Of a DNA stretch of 64,000 nt, positions 10,257-19,239 are shown piece by piece. The notes beneath the pieces are model-generated. The model did no database searches. It was not told the origin of the DNA and saw nothing but the letters and a program-made list of their open reading frames with translations. The DNA lies in the NCBI GenBank assembly GCA_963668675.2, contig CAXXMB010000001.1, forward strand, positions 672,001 to 736,000, given 5' to 3'. The DNA comes from an uncultured Desulfatitalea sp. Lineage in GTDB: Bacteria; Desulfobacterota; Desulfobacteria; Desulfobacterales; Desulfosarcinaceae. Every line of letters begins with the position of its first letter. Within the stretch, counting starts at the first letter, position 1. Made by a program: the position numbers and the translations under genes.

Positions 10257-10730
10257 ATGAAAAAGATAAAGATCGGAATATGGCTCATTATCATCCTGTT
10301 TCTTGGGCTTGTCGTCTATCAGAATAGCGACTTCTTTCTTGGTAAGGAGAGCTTGGGGATTGACCTTGTTTTCACCAAGTACCAGTCACCGGAATTGCCG
10401 GTGGTTCTCTTTTTTACCGGTCTCTTTTGCCTTGGTTGGTTGATGGCCTACCTTTCCGCGCTGGCGGAGCGTTTCAGGACCGGAAAGCAGATTAAAACAC
10501 TAAAGCAAACCAATAACGCCCAACAAAACGCCATCGACGAAATGAAGAGAGATGTCGAGGAACTTAAGCCACAGAACGCATCCGAAGTGAAACCGCCGCT
10601 CACCGCCGAAGAGGGGACGGCTGATCCTGATCCTGCACATGATTTTGCATCTGCACCTGATCCTGGACCTGATCTTGACACTCAATCCCAAACGGATCCC
10701 AAGTCGGGCCAGCCTGCGGATAAAAACTGA
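10257..10730 (+). CDS. LapA-family inner-membrane protein with an acidic Pro/Asp-rich tail
   Basis: Two hydrophobic segments with QN between them, then a coiled coil; tail encoded by degenerate CCTGAT hexamers. Confidence 0.65.
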   Translation: MKKIKIGIWLIIILFLGLVVYQNSDFFLGKESLGIDLVFTKYQSPELPVVLFFTGLFCLGWLMAYLSALAERFRTGKQIKTLKQTNNAQQNAIDEMKRDVEELKPQNASEVKPPLTAEEGTADPDPAHDFASAPDPGPDLDTQSQTDPKSGQPADKN

Positions 10731-10833
10731 GCCATGCTGAGAACGACCGGGAGAGCGGGTTGGTCATCCCCTCATCAAGGACTTCGGTATTTCCCTTCCC
10801 ACGTTTTCACCCCAGAAAAAGCAACTGCTTGAT

Positions 10834-13458
10834 ATGAGCGCCCCCAAAACCACTCCCATGCTTCAGCAATATCTCTCCATCAAGGAGTCGTATAAGGATA
10901 CAATTCTGTTCTATCGGATGGGTGACTTCTACGAGATGTTTTTCGAGGATGCAAAAGTGGCCTCGAAGGACTTGGAGATTACCCTCACCTCGCGTAATAA
11001 AAGCGATTCGTCGCCGGTTCCCATGTGCGGTGTTCCCTATCGCGCTGCCCAAAGTTACATCGCACGGCTCATCGAAAAGGGCCACAAAGTGGCCATTTGC
11101 GATCAGGTCGAAGATCCGGCAACGGCCAAAGGTCTGGTCAAAAGAGAAGTGGTACGCGTTGTAACCCCTGGAATGATTGTCGAAAACGAGTTGCTGGACG
11201 CCAAATCAAACAACTACCTGCTTTCGCTGTCCATTGGCAAAAACACCTTGGGACTCGCCTACCTCGATATCTCCACCGGCCTGTTTCGTGTTGCCGAAAC
11301 AGACCACGCCAGGAAAATCGTCGAAGAGGTGCAGCAGATCTCTCCCAAGGAGGTGCTGTTGCCGGACGGAATGCAGGGTGAAGATGTGATGCGGGCTATC
11401 ATAAAAGCACTCGATGAACGGACCATCAACTGGCTGGATGCATCAAGTTTCGAGCCTTCCAGAGGGCGGAAGCGACTGATCGAACAGTTTAAGACACGCT
11501 CCCTGGAAGGATTCGGATGTCACCAAATGACCGCCGGTCTGGGGGCTGCCGGCGCCTTGCTCTCTTATGTACAGGAGACTCAGAAACAGACGGTCACCCA
11601 CCTGCAGCGTATCGAAACCTATCATCTTGAAGAGCATCTGGTGGTCGATCACATGAGCCGCCAGAACCTTGAACTGGAAGTCAATCTTCGTACCGGAAGC
11701 CGCCGCGGCACATTGATCAGTATCCTGGATCAGACGAAAACCGCCATGGGAGGCCGCGAGTTGAAACATTGGCTGCGCTACCCGCTGCTGCAGGTGCAAC
11801 AGATCGGTGACCGTCTGGACGCTGTGGAAGAGGCCTTGATTCAGGGGGATATTCGGAATCGTCTCATAGAGAGCCTGGCTTCGGTTTACGATCTGGAGCG
11901 TCTGAACAGCAAAATCGTCATGGGGCATGCCAATGCCCGCGATCTGCTGGCTCTGGGAAAGTCGCTCTCCGCCTTGCCCGACATATGGGATTTGCTGGGT
12001 GAGTTCAACAGCGCGCTTTTCAAGATCCAGATAGCGACAGACGAAATGGCCTCGTTAGGGGGGCTGATCGGAAGGGCTGTCCGGGAGGATGCACCGCCAA
12101 CGATCTCCGAAGGGGGGATGATCCGGACGGGATATCACGCCCCATTGGATGAACTGATTGAACTGTCCAAAAACGCTAAAAGCTACCTGGCCCGGCTCGA
12201 AGGGCGTGAGCGGGAAGCCACCGGCATCAGCACCTTGAAGGTCCGGTTCAATAAAGTTTTCGGATACTATATCGAAGTCTCCAAGGCTCAGGCCCGGCAA
12301 GTGCCGGACCACTACGTGCGCAAACAGACCCTGGTCAACGCTGAGCGTTATATCACCGACGAATTAAAGCAATTTGAAACCAAAGTGCTCGGCGCCGAAG
12401 AGAAGCGCTGCGCACTGGAGCTGGAGTTGTTTAACCGGATTCGGGACGAGGTGAAGGACAACAGTCACCACCTGCAGGCCGCCGCCCGTTTCCTGGCCCG
12501 GATCGATTGCCTGCTGTCCCTTGCCGAAGTGGCAGACCAGAACGACTATTGCCGCCCCCAGATCAATACCCACGGTAAGATTTACATCGAAGAGGGGCGT
12601 CATCCGGTTGTGGAGAAGATGATCCAAGGCGAGCGTTTTGTCCCCAACAGTGTCCTCCTCGACGACGATGCAAATCAGATCCTGGTGATCACCGGACCCA
12701 ACATGGCGGGCAAGTCAACGGCCTTGCGCCAGGTATCACTGCTCGTGCTCATGGCCCAGATGGGCTCTTTTGTGCCTGCCGAAGCGGCCGACATATCTGT
12801 GACCGATCGTATCTTTACACGGGTCGGCGCCCTGGACAATCTCTCTGCGGGACAGAGCACCTTCATGGTCGAAATGGAGGAGACGGCCAATATTCTTAAC
12901 AACGCCACCTCCCAAAGCCTTGTCATTATGGATGAAATCGGCCGCGGTACCAGTACTTACGACGGGTTGAGCATTGCCTGGGCGGTGGTGGCGTTTCTGC
13001 ACGACCTGAAGGGGCAGGGGGTAAAGACGCTTTTTGCCACCCACTACCACGAGCTGACCGAACTGGCCGAAAGCAGACCACGGGTGAAAAACTTCAACAT
13101 CGCCGTCAAAGAGTGGAATGACCAGATCATCTTCCTGCGCAAATTGATCCCCGGCGGGACCAACCGCAGCTACGGCATACAGGTGGCGCGGCTGGCCGGC
13201 ATTCCCGAGTCGGTGGTAAAGGAGGCAAAGGCGGTTCTGGAGCGGGTTGAAAATCACGCGCCGGCAGACGCCCGAATGGAGAGAGGAGCAGGGCGTTCAA
13301 CCGGTGCGCGCGCCGGACACGTCCAGTTGGAACTGTTTGCGTCGTATGAAACGGAAATTGTCGCGGCTTTGAAAGCCATTGATTTGAATTCGATCACACC
13401 CCTGGAGGCCTTGAATTTACTCCAGGGCCTGCAGGAAAAGATCAAGAAGACCGATTGA
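10834..13458 (+). CDS. mutS: DNA mismatch repair protein MutS
   Basis: TPMLQQY, YRMGDFYE, TGPNMAGKST, STFMVEM, DEIGRGTST, ATHYHEL, SYGIQVA. Confidence 0.98.
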   Translation: MSAPKTTPMLQQYLSIKESYKDTILFYRMGDFYEMFFEDAKVASKDLEITLTSRNKSDSSPVPMCGVPYRAAQSYIARLIEKGHKVAICDQVEDPATAKGLVKREVVRVVTPGMIVENELLDAKSNNYLLSLSIGKNTLGLAYLDISTGLFRVAETDHARKIVEEVQQISPKEVLLPDGMQGEDVMRAIIKALDERTINWLDASSFEPSRGRKRLIEQFKTRSLEGFGCHQMTAGLGAAGALLSYVQETQKQTVTHLQRIETYHLEEHLVVDHMSRQNLELEVNLRTGSRRGTLISILDQTKTAMGGRELKHWLRYPLLQVQQIGDRLDAVEEALIQGDIRNRLIESLASVYDLERLNSKIVMGHANARDLLALGKSLSALPDIWDLLGEFNSALFKIQIATDEMASLGGLIGRAVREDAPPTISEGGMIRTGYHAPLDELIELSKNAKSYLARLEGREREATGISTLKVRFNKVFGYYIEVSKAQARQVPDHYVRKQTLVNAERYITDELKQFETKVLGAEEKRCALELELFNRIRDEVKDNSHHLQAAARFLARIDCLLSLAEVADQNDYCRPQINTHGKIYIEEGRHPVVEKMIQGERFVPNSVLLDDDANQILVITGPNMAGKSTALRQVSLLVLMAQMGSFVPAEAADISVTDRIFTRVGALDNLSAGQSTFMVEMEETANILNNATSQSLVIMDEIGRGTSTYDGLSIAWAVVAFLHDLKGQGVKTLFATHYHELTELAESRPRVKNFNIAVKEWNDQIIFLRKLIPGGTNRSYGIQVARLAGIPESVVKEAKAVLERVENHAPADARMERGAGRSTGARAGHVQLELFASYETEIVAALKAIDLNSITPLEALNLLQGLQEKIKKTD

Positions 13459-13560
13459 CAACGGGCATCTCCCATGTTTTCTTGGACGCAAGGATTGACC
13501 TCCTGTCGGTGACATCTTTTTAACACAATTTATGGGGTTGATGAGATCGGCGTAAGCAAT

Positions 13561-15615
13561 ATGATCGAAAAACGAATTCCAGACGACATCCGGCGCAGGA
13601 GATACACATGCGCTTTCCTTTTGGCATGGTTCATTTTCTGTTGTTTAATTTCTTCGGCAGTTGCCACACCGGTATGGGCGGCGACGGTAAAATCAAAATA
13701 CTATACTGCAGAACGATGTGCGCTGGAGCTGCGTAAAAGCCCCAAACTCCAAAAGTACCGCGACCGCTGGATCCGATGCATTAAAAAATATCTGGCCGTC
13801 TATCGGCACGACCCGCACGGGCCATGGGCAGCAGCCGGCCTTTATAACGCAGGGATCATGTATGGTGAGCTCTTTCACCACTCCTACCTCGAATCGGATC
13901 GTCAGGAGTCGCTTGACCTGCTCGGGCGCGTTGTGCGCCACTTTCCCAAAAGTGGCTACAGCCCCAAGGCCGAAACGGCCATCGACCGAATGAACGGCAA
14001 GGCAACAAAGAGCGTCGAACAGGCCCCGAAACGCCCTTCAGCCGCCCAGTGGCTGGATAGAGCCCGAACAAACGACAAGCGGCTGGAGACGAAACCCGCA
14101 CTCCAGAAATACAGAGATCAATGGATCAAGTCGATCACCGCCTATCGAAACGCCTATCAGGCCGATCCAAGCGGGCCGCTGGCGCCTGCGGCCATGTATG
14201 GCATGGCTGACAGCTACGCCGGACTTTACAAGTGGTCACGTAGCGAGGTGGATCTAAACCAGTCCCGGAAAACGCTGGAGGACCTTGTTCAGCAATTTCC
14301 CAAAAATCGTTACGCGGAAAAAGCGCGCGACGATCTGGCGATGATGGCGCCCTCCAGTCCATACGCCACCGCATCCGATACCATATCCGAGATGCTCAGC
14401 TCGGCCGATAACGACACGCAGACGCCTGTCAACGCGTATCCGGATAGTGTCAGCGGTGATACCGCCATTGTGGAAGGGTTGCGGTTTTGGTCCAACCCGC
14501 GCTACACAAGGGTCGTAATCGATGCCAACCTGGACACCATTTTCACCTATCACGAGTTGCGGGAAGATCCCTCCCTGGGAAAGCCTCAGCGCATTTACAT
14601 CGATGTGCACAACAGCCGCCTGAGCAGGGACTTGCAAAAAGTCGTCCCGATCAACGACAACCTGCTCAGCGACGCGCGCGCCGGACAGTATAAAAGCGAT
14701 ACCGTACGTGTCGTCGTGGATATCAAGTCATCCAAGACATTTAAGATTTTTTCCTTGAAGAATCCTTTCCGTATCGTGCTGGATGTATGGGGCGCCGATA
14801 CAAGCGACACAGCCGAGAATACGCCTACTTTCCCGGGCGTCATTGGTCGCAGCAACGGCAAGTTGCCCCCCAGTGCCATCGTTAAACAGCTTGCACTGGG
14901 GGTGAGGCGCATCGTGATCGATCCGGGGCATGGCGGCAAGGATTACGGTGCCCCCGGCTATCTTAAAGGGGTACATGAAAAGAAAATCGTATTGCAAATC
15001 GGCAAAAGGCTCGCCAATAAAATCCGCAGTCAACTCAAGTGCGATGTGGTAATGACCAGAGATAGCGACACCTTCCTAAGTCTGGAAGAGCGGACCGCCA
15101 TTGCAAATACCCAGGGGGCCGATCTTTTTATCTCCATCCACACCAACGCCTCGCCGGACAAACGCGCCTATGGCATCGAGACGTTTATCTTGAACCTGGC
15201 CACTGATGACGAGGCGATCCGTGTGGCCGCCCGTGAGAATGCGACATCATTTAAGAACATCAGCGATCTCGATTCGATTTTGAAGGATCTGATGAACAAC
15301 GCCAAGGTGAGCGAATCCACCCGACTGGCTACCTATGTCCAGCAGGGCGCTTTGAAGGGACTGCGCAAGGAGTACAGCCACATCAGGAACAAGGGCGTTA
15401 AAAAAGCGCCGTTCTATGTGCTTCTCGGTGCAGAGATGCCCTCCATCTTGATCGAAACTTCGTTCATCAGCAACCCCCGGGAGTGTAAACGGTTGACCAA
15501 CGGACACTATCAGGACAAACTGTGCCAGGGTATTGTGGATGGCATTAAGCGGTATATCGAAGAGACCAACCCAATGGCACTTCGCCGACAAGCAAAGGAA
15601 GAGGAGGAGGGCTGA
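13561..15615 (+). CDS. N-acetylmuramoyl-L-alanine amidase (Amidase_3) with duplicated TPR-like N-terminus and AMIN domains
   Basis: IDPGHGGKD.GA, EK, MTRDSD..L.ERT.IAN, FISIHTNA, APFYVL..PSILIETSFISN; TRVVID / VRVVVD / PFRIVLD AMIN patterns. Confidence 0.92.
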   Translation: MIEKRIPDDIRRRRYTCAFLLAWFIFCCLISSAVATPVWAATVKSKYYTAERCALELRKSPKLQKYRDRWIRCIKKYLAVYRHDPHGPWAAAGLYNAGIMYGELFHHSYLESDRQESLDLLGRVVRHFPKSGYSPKAETAIDRMNGKATKSVEQAPKRPSAAQWLDRARTNDKRLETKPALQKYRDQWIKSITAYRNAYQADPSGPLAPAAMYGMADSYAGLYKWSRSEVDLNQSRKTLEDLVQQFPKNRYAEKARDDLAMMAPSSPYATASDTISEMLSSADNDTQTPVNAYPDSVSGDTAIVEGLRFWSNPRYTRVVIDANLDTIFTYHELREDPSLGKPQRIYIDVHNSRLSRDLQKVVPINDNLLSDARAGQYKSDTVRVVVDIKSSKTFKIFSLKNPFRIVLDVWGADTSDTAENTPTFPGVIGRSNGKLPPSAIVKQLALGVRRIVIDPGHGGKDYGAPGYLKGVHEKKIVLQIGKRLANKIRSQLKCDVVMTRDSDTFLSLEERTAIANTQGADLFISIHTNASPDKRAYGIETFILNLATDDEAIRVAARENATSFKNISDLDSILKDLMNNAKVSESTRLATYVQQGALKGLRKEYSHIRNKGVKKAPFYVLLGAEMPSILIETSFISNPRECKRLTNGHYQDKLCQGIVDGIKRYIEETNPMALRRQAKEEEEG

Positions 15616-15668
15616 TTTTCAGCCGACTTCCATCAGATAAAAAATCGACTCACAAGGAGGAGGCTTAG

Positions 15669-16460
15669 ATGGCGTACAACAATATCATTGTCGAGACGAC
15701 GGAAGGCATCTCGACCATCACCTTTAATCGACCCAAAGCGCTCAACGCGCTGAACGGCGCCCTGTTGGACGAAATGGACATCGCCTTGCAGGAGGTCGCC
15801 GGAAACGAAGATATTCGCGTGCTGGTGCTCACCGGTGCAGGAGGGAAGGCATTTGTGGCCGGTGCAGATATCACGGAGCTGGCCAAACTCGATACCCTCT
15901 CGGCAAAGGTGTTTATAAACAAGGGGCTGATGGTGATCAACAGACTGACCGAGCTGCCGATCCCGGTCATTGCGGCAGTCAACGGATTTGCTCTGGGGGG
16001 CGGGCTTGAAATTTCCATGGCGTGTGATTTTATCTACGCATCATCATCGGCCCGCTTCGGCCAGCCGGAAATCAATCTGGGCCTCATTCCCGGCTATGGG
16101 GGAACCCAAAGGCTACCGAGGATTATCGGTATCGGACGAGCCAAGGAGCTGCTGTTGAGCGGGAGGATGGTCACGGCCGACGAGGCGCACCGGCTCGGGA
16201 TCGTTAATCGCGTCCTGCCGCCCGAAGAGCTGATGGCGGAGGTGATGACCACCGCCAGGGAGATGGCCTCCAAAGGTAAGGTCGCCCTGCGGGCTATCAA
16301 ACAGGCGGTCAACAACGGATTGAATGTGGACCTGGCATCCGGTCTGCGCATCGAGACCGATGCATTTGCCCTCTGCATGGCGAGTTCGGACGCCAAAGAG
16401 GGAACCTCGGCTTTTTTAGAGAAGCGTCGGCCTAAATTCAAAGGCGGACTGATTGATTAA
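15669..16460 (+). CDS. Enoyl-CoA hydratase / crotonase
   Basis: NRPKALNAL, AFVAGADI, AVNGFALGGGLE, FGQPEINLGLIPGYGGTQRL. Confidence 0.93.
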   Translation: MAYNNIIVETTEGISTITFNRPKALNALNGALLDEMDIALQEVAGNEDIRVLVLTGAGGKAFVAGADITELAKLDTLSAKVFINKGLMVINRLTELPIPVIAAVNGFALGGGLEISMACDFIYASSSARFGQPEINLGLIPGYGGTQRLPRIIGIGRAKELLLSGRMVTADEAHRLGIVNRVLPPEELMAEVMTTAREMASKGKVALRAIKQAVNNGLNVDLASGLRIETDAFALCMASSDAKEGTSAFLEKRRPKFKGGLID

Positions 16461-16630
16461 CAATCACCCGGTATAGATGACAGGCCCGCAGCGGATGCCT
16501 GGCAACCGTTCGGCACCGGTTTCTTATCAATATAACGACACGACAGTTCAACGTCGCCTTCGCTTGTCAATGGACACACGACCAAGAGAAGATTCGGATA
16601 ATGACGCGAGCGACAAAGAGGAGCAGAGCG

Positions 16631-17932
16631 ATGATTTATAATATGGAGTATGAAACCATGCCCCGCGAAGCCTTGGAGGCGATCCAGCTTCGCAGACTGC
16701 AATCAACCGTGGAGCGTGTATTTGCCAACGTTCCGTTCTACCGGGAGAAATTTAACGAGGCCAAGGTCTCGCCGGCCGATATCCGCTCCGTGGCGGATCT
16801 GCGGCGACTGCCCTTTACGACCAAACAGGACCTGAGGGACAACTACCCTTTCGGAATGTTCGCCGTTCCCATGGACCACGTGGTGCGCATACACGCCTCT
16901 TCCGGCACCACCGGCCAGCCCACCGTGGTCGGTTACACCGCCAGGGATATCAATACCTGGTCGGAGTTGATGGCCCGGGCACTGATGGCCGGCGGCGCCG
17001 ACCGGGGGGACATCATTCACAACGCATACGGATACGGTCTGTTTACAGGGGGCTTGGGGGTGCACTATGGCGCCGAAAGGCTGGGCGCTTCGGTGATCCC
17101 CGTCTCTGGCGGCAACACACGCCGACAGGTGATGATCATGAAGGACTTCGGACCGACGATTATAACCGCCACCCCCTCCTACACCCTTCATCTGGCCGAA
17201 GTGGCCGAAGAGATGGGGGTCTCTTTCAAGGATCTCAAATTTAAGTTCGGGATATTCGGCGCAGAGCCATGGTCTGAAACCATGCGCACTGAAATTGAAA
17301 GAAAACTCAATATCGTCGCTGTGGATATCTATGGCCTCAGTGAAGTGATGGGGCCCGGTGTGGCCATCGAGTGCAAAGAGGCCAAAAACGGGCTGCATGT
17401 CTTCGAGGACCACTTCATACCGGAGATCATCAATCCCGATACGCTTGAATCGCTGCCATACGGTGAGACCGGAGAGCTGGTCTTTACGACCATCTCCAAA
17501 GAGGCATTTCCGGTCATCCGTTATCGGACGCGCGACATCTGTTCGCTCAACCCGGAGCCGTGCATCTGCGGGCGGAGCCATCTGCGAATGAGCCGTGTGA
17601 CCGGGCGCAGCGACGACATGCTCATTATCAGGGGCGTAAATGTGTTCCCGTCACAGATCGAAAGCGTCCTTATGGACATGGAGGGGGTAACACCGCACTA
17701 CCAGCTTGTGGTGGACCGCGAGGGCGCTCTGGATATTCTGACCGTCCGGGTGGAAGTCGGGGAGGGCATGTTCTCCGACGAGGTTAAAAAGCTGCAGGCC
17801 GTCGAAAAGCATATCTCCAAAAACATCAAAGAGCTGCTCGGCGTCTCAGCCAAGGTGAAACTGGTCGAGCCCAAAGGCATTGCCCGCAGTGAAGGCAAGG
17901 CTGTTCGGGTCATCGACAATCGAAAACTATAG
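16631..17932 (+). CDS. paaK: Phenylacetate-CoA ligase family protein
   Basis: [66 protein letters not shown] before ATG 16631. Confidence 0.92.
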   Translation: MIYNMEYETMPREALEAIQLRRLQSTVERVFANVPFYREKFNEAKVSPADIRSVADLRRLPFTTKQDLRDNYPFGMFAVPMDHVVRIHASSGTTGQPTVVGYTARDINTWSELMARALMAGGADRGDIIHNAYGYGLFTGGLGVHYGAERLGASVIPVSGGNTRRQVMIMKDFGPTIITATPSYTLHLAEVAEEMGVSFKDLKFKFGIFGAEPWSETMRTEIERKLNIVAVDIYGLSEVMGPGVAIECKEAKNGLHVFEDHFIPEIINPDTLESLPYGETGELVFTTISKEAFPVIRYRTRDICSLNPEPCICGRSHLRMSRVTGRSDDMLIIRGVNVFPSQIESVLMDMEGVTPHYQLVVDREGALDILTVRVEVGEGMFSDEVKKLQAVEKHISKNIKELLGVSAKVKLVEPKGIARSEGKAVRVIDNRKL

Positions 17933-18023
17933 GGCCGAATCCAGCATACCAATTCCGAGGGCAGGACGATTTTGGCATCCGCCGGTAGGATCGATCTCTA
18001 CGATCAAATGATAAGGAGGCACC

Positions 18024-18455
18024 ATGCACGTTGAGCAAATTTCCGTATTTCTGGAGAACAAATCGGGAAGATTATCCGAAGTGACCGCTATTCTGTCCGA
18101 GGCGGGCATCAACATCCGTGCCCTTGCACTGGCAGACACATCCGATTTCGGCGTATTGCGCCTGATTGTGGATGATAAGGACAAGGCCGTCAACACGCTG
18201 AAGGACAATGGGTTCACCGTGGGCAAGACGGAAGTTCTCGCGGTAGAGGTGCAAGATCGACCCGGCGGCCTCAACAATATTCTCGATATTTTGAAATCGA
18301 ACAGTATCAATGTGGAGTACATGTATGCCTACGTTAGGCACACCGGCGAAAATGCCGTCATGATTTTTCGGTTTGACAATATCGCGGCCGCCATTGAAGT
18401 GCTCACCAAAGAGGGCGTTGCTATCTTGGAAGGCGAGAAACTCTACGCGCTGTAA
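18024..18455 (+). CDS. Tandem ACT-domain protein (commonly paired with paaK)
   Basis: [49 protein letters not shown]. Confidence 0.9.
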   Translation: MHVEQISVFLENKSGRLSEVTAILSEAGINIRALALADTSDFGVLRLIVDDKDKAVNTLKDNGFTVGKTEVLAVEVQDRPGGLNNILDILKSNSINVEYMYAYVRHTGENAVMIFRFDNIAAAIEVLTKEGVAILEGEKLYAL

Positions 18456-18467
18456 GATCCCCCTCTT

Positions 18468-18596
18468 TTATTAATCCGGCAACTAATTAGGCCAACCTTC
18501 GTCATCCCGGACTCGATCCGGGATCCGTGCAAGATTCTGGATTCCAGCTTTCGCTGGGATGACGCGTGCTGTGGCATTTAATCGCCGGGTTAATAA
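18468..18596. repeat. Nested palindromic MITE/REP-like element
   Basis: Outer imperfect 20-bp inverted repeats (ttattaatccggcaactaat / tttaatcgccgggttaataa). Inner element 18500-18564 cgtcatccc…gggatgacg contains two hairpins, atcccggactcgatccgggat and attccagctttcgctgggat. Confidence 0.6.
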
Positions 18597-18611
18597 TACA
18601 GCCTCTGGCGG

Positions 18612-18676
18612 AAAACAGACGCCCCGACCGCTGTTGCTGGAAAAGTTGACGGCATAGCTGCCGGGGCGTCTGTTTT
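18612..18676. terminator. Inverted repeat with A/T flanks, probable bidirectional intrinsic terminator
   Basis: Perfect 15-bp arms aaaacagacgccccg … cggggcgtctgtttt. Confidence 0.5.
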
Positions 18677-18868
18677 GATCTATTCCTTAAGTTTGGCCTT
18701 TCGATTTGGCATTTGGGCCTTGTCTATAAGCGCGGCTGGTATAATTTGGATGTTAACTTTTAATGGTGAAACGCCGATAACAACTATCAGCCGAACATGG
18801 GGTGGCGCGAAGGCAGACGCACTGCAGATAACGCCCTGTAGGTGTTGGGAAAAGTCGTTCAGTGGCCA

Positions 18869-18898
18869 TTGACTTTGTTTTACGTTTGCGGTTATATT
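18869..18898 (+). promoter_or_regulatory. Putative sigma-70 promoter
   Basis: TTGACT-N18-TATATT upstream of 18960. Confidence 0.4.
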
Positions 18899-18959
18899 AC
18901 ATTAATTATACAGAGGAAACAGCCACAAAAGACCACTGACGCGAGATGGATTTCAATAC

Positions 18960-19211
18960 ATGGATCAAAAAGCTCCGACGCCAAAAAACAGCGCTCAAAT
19001 GATATGGGGGTGTGCGCTTGTCCTTGCGGGGGTAGGCGTCTTTATAAGAATACCGCAGGTGATGCCGAAAATCGCTCAAATCGAGAGTTTTGCCAATGCG
19101 ACCGGTGTCATTCGTGTCTGTTTCTACTTGATGGGAATTATTCTCATTGGCGGTGGTATCCAAAAGGTCTACAGATACGTTAAATCTTCGAAACCGGATT
19201 CGAACCCATAA
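18960..19211 (+). CDS. Small hypothetical membrane protein (2 TM)
   Basis: Two hydrophobic helices; co-oriented with and 28 bp before the ATPase gene. Confidence 0.65.
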   Translation: MDQKAPTPKNSAQMIWGCALVLAGVGVFIRIPQVMPKIAQIESFANATGVIRVCFYLMGIILIGGGIQKVYRYVKSSKPDSNP

Positions 19212-19239
19212 AACACCAATCCGGTTCAGGAATTGAAAT

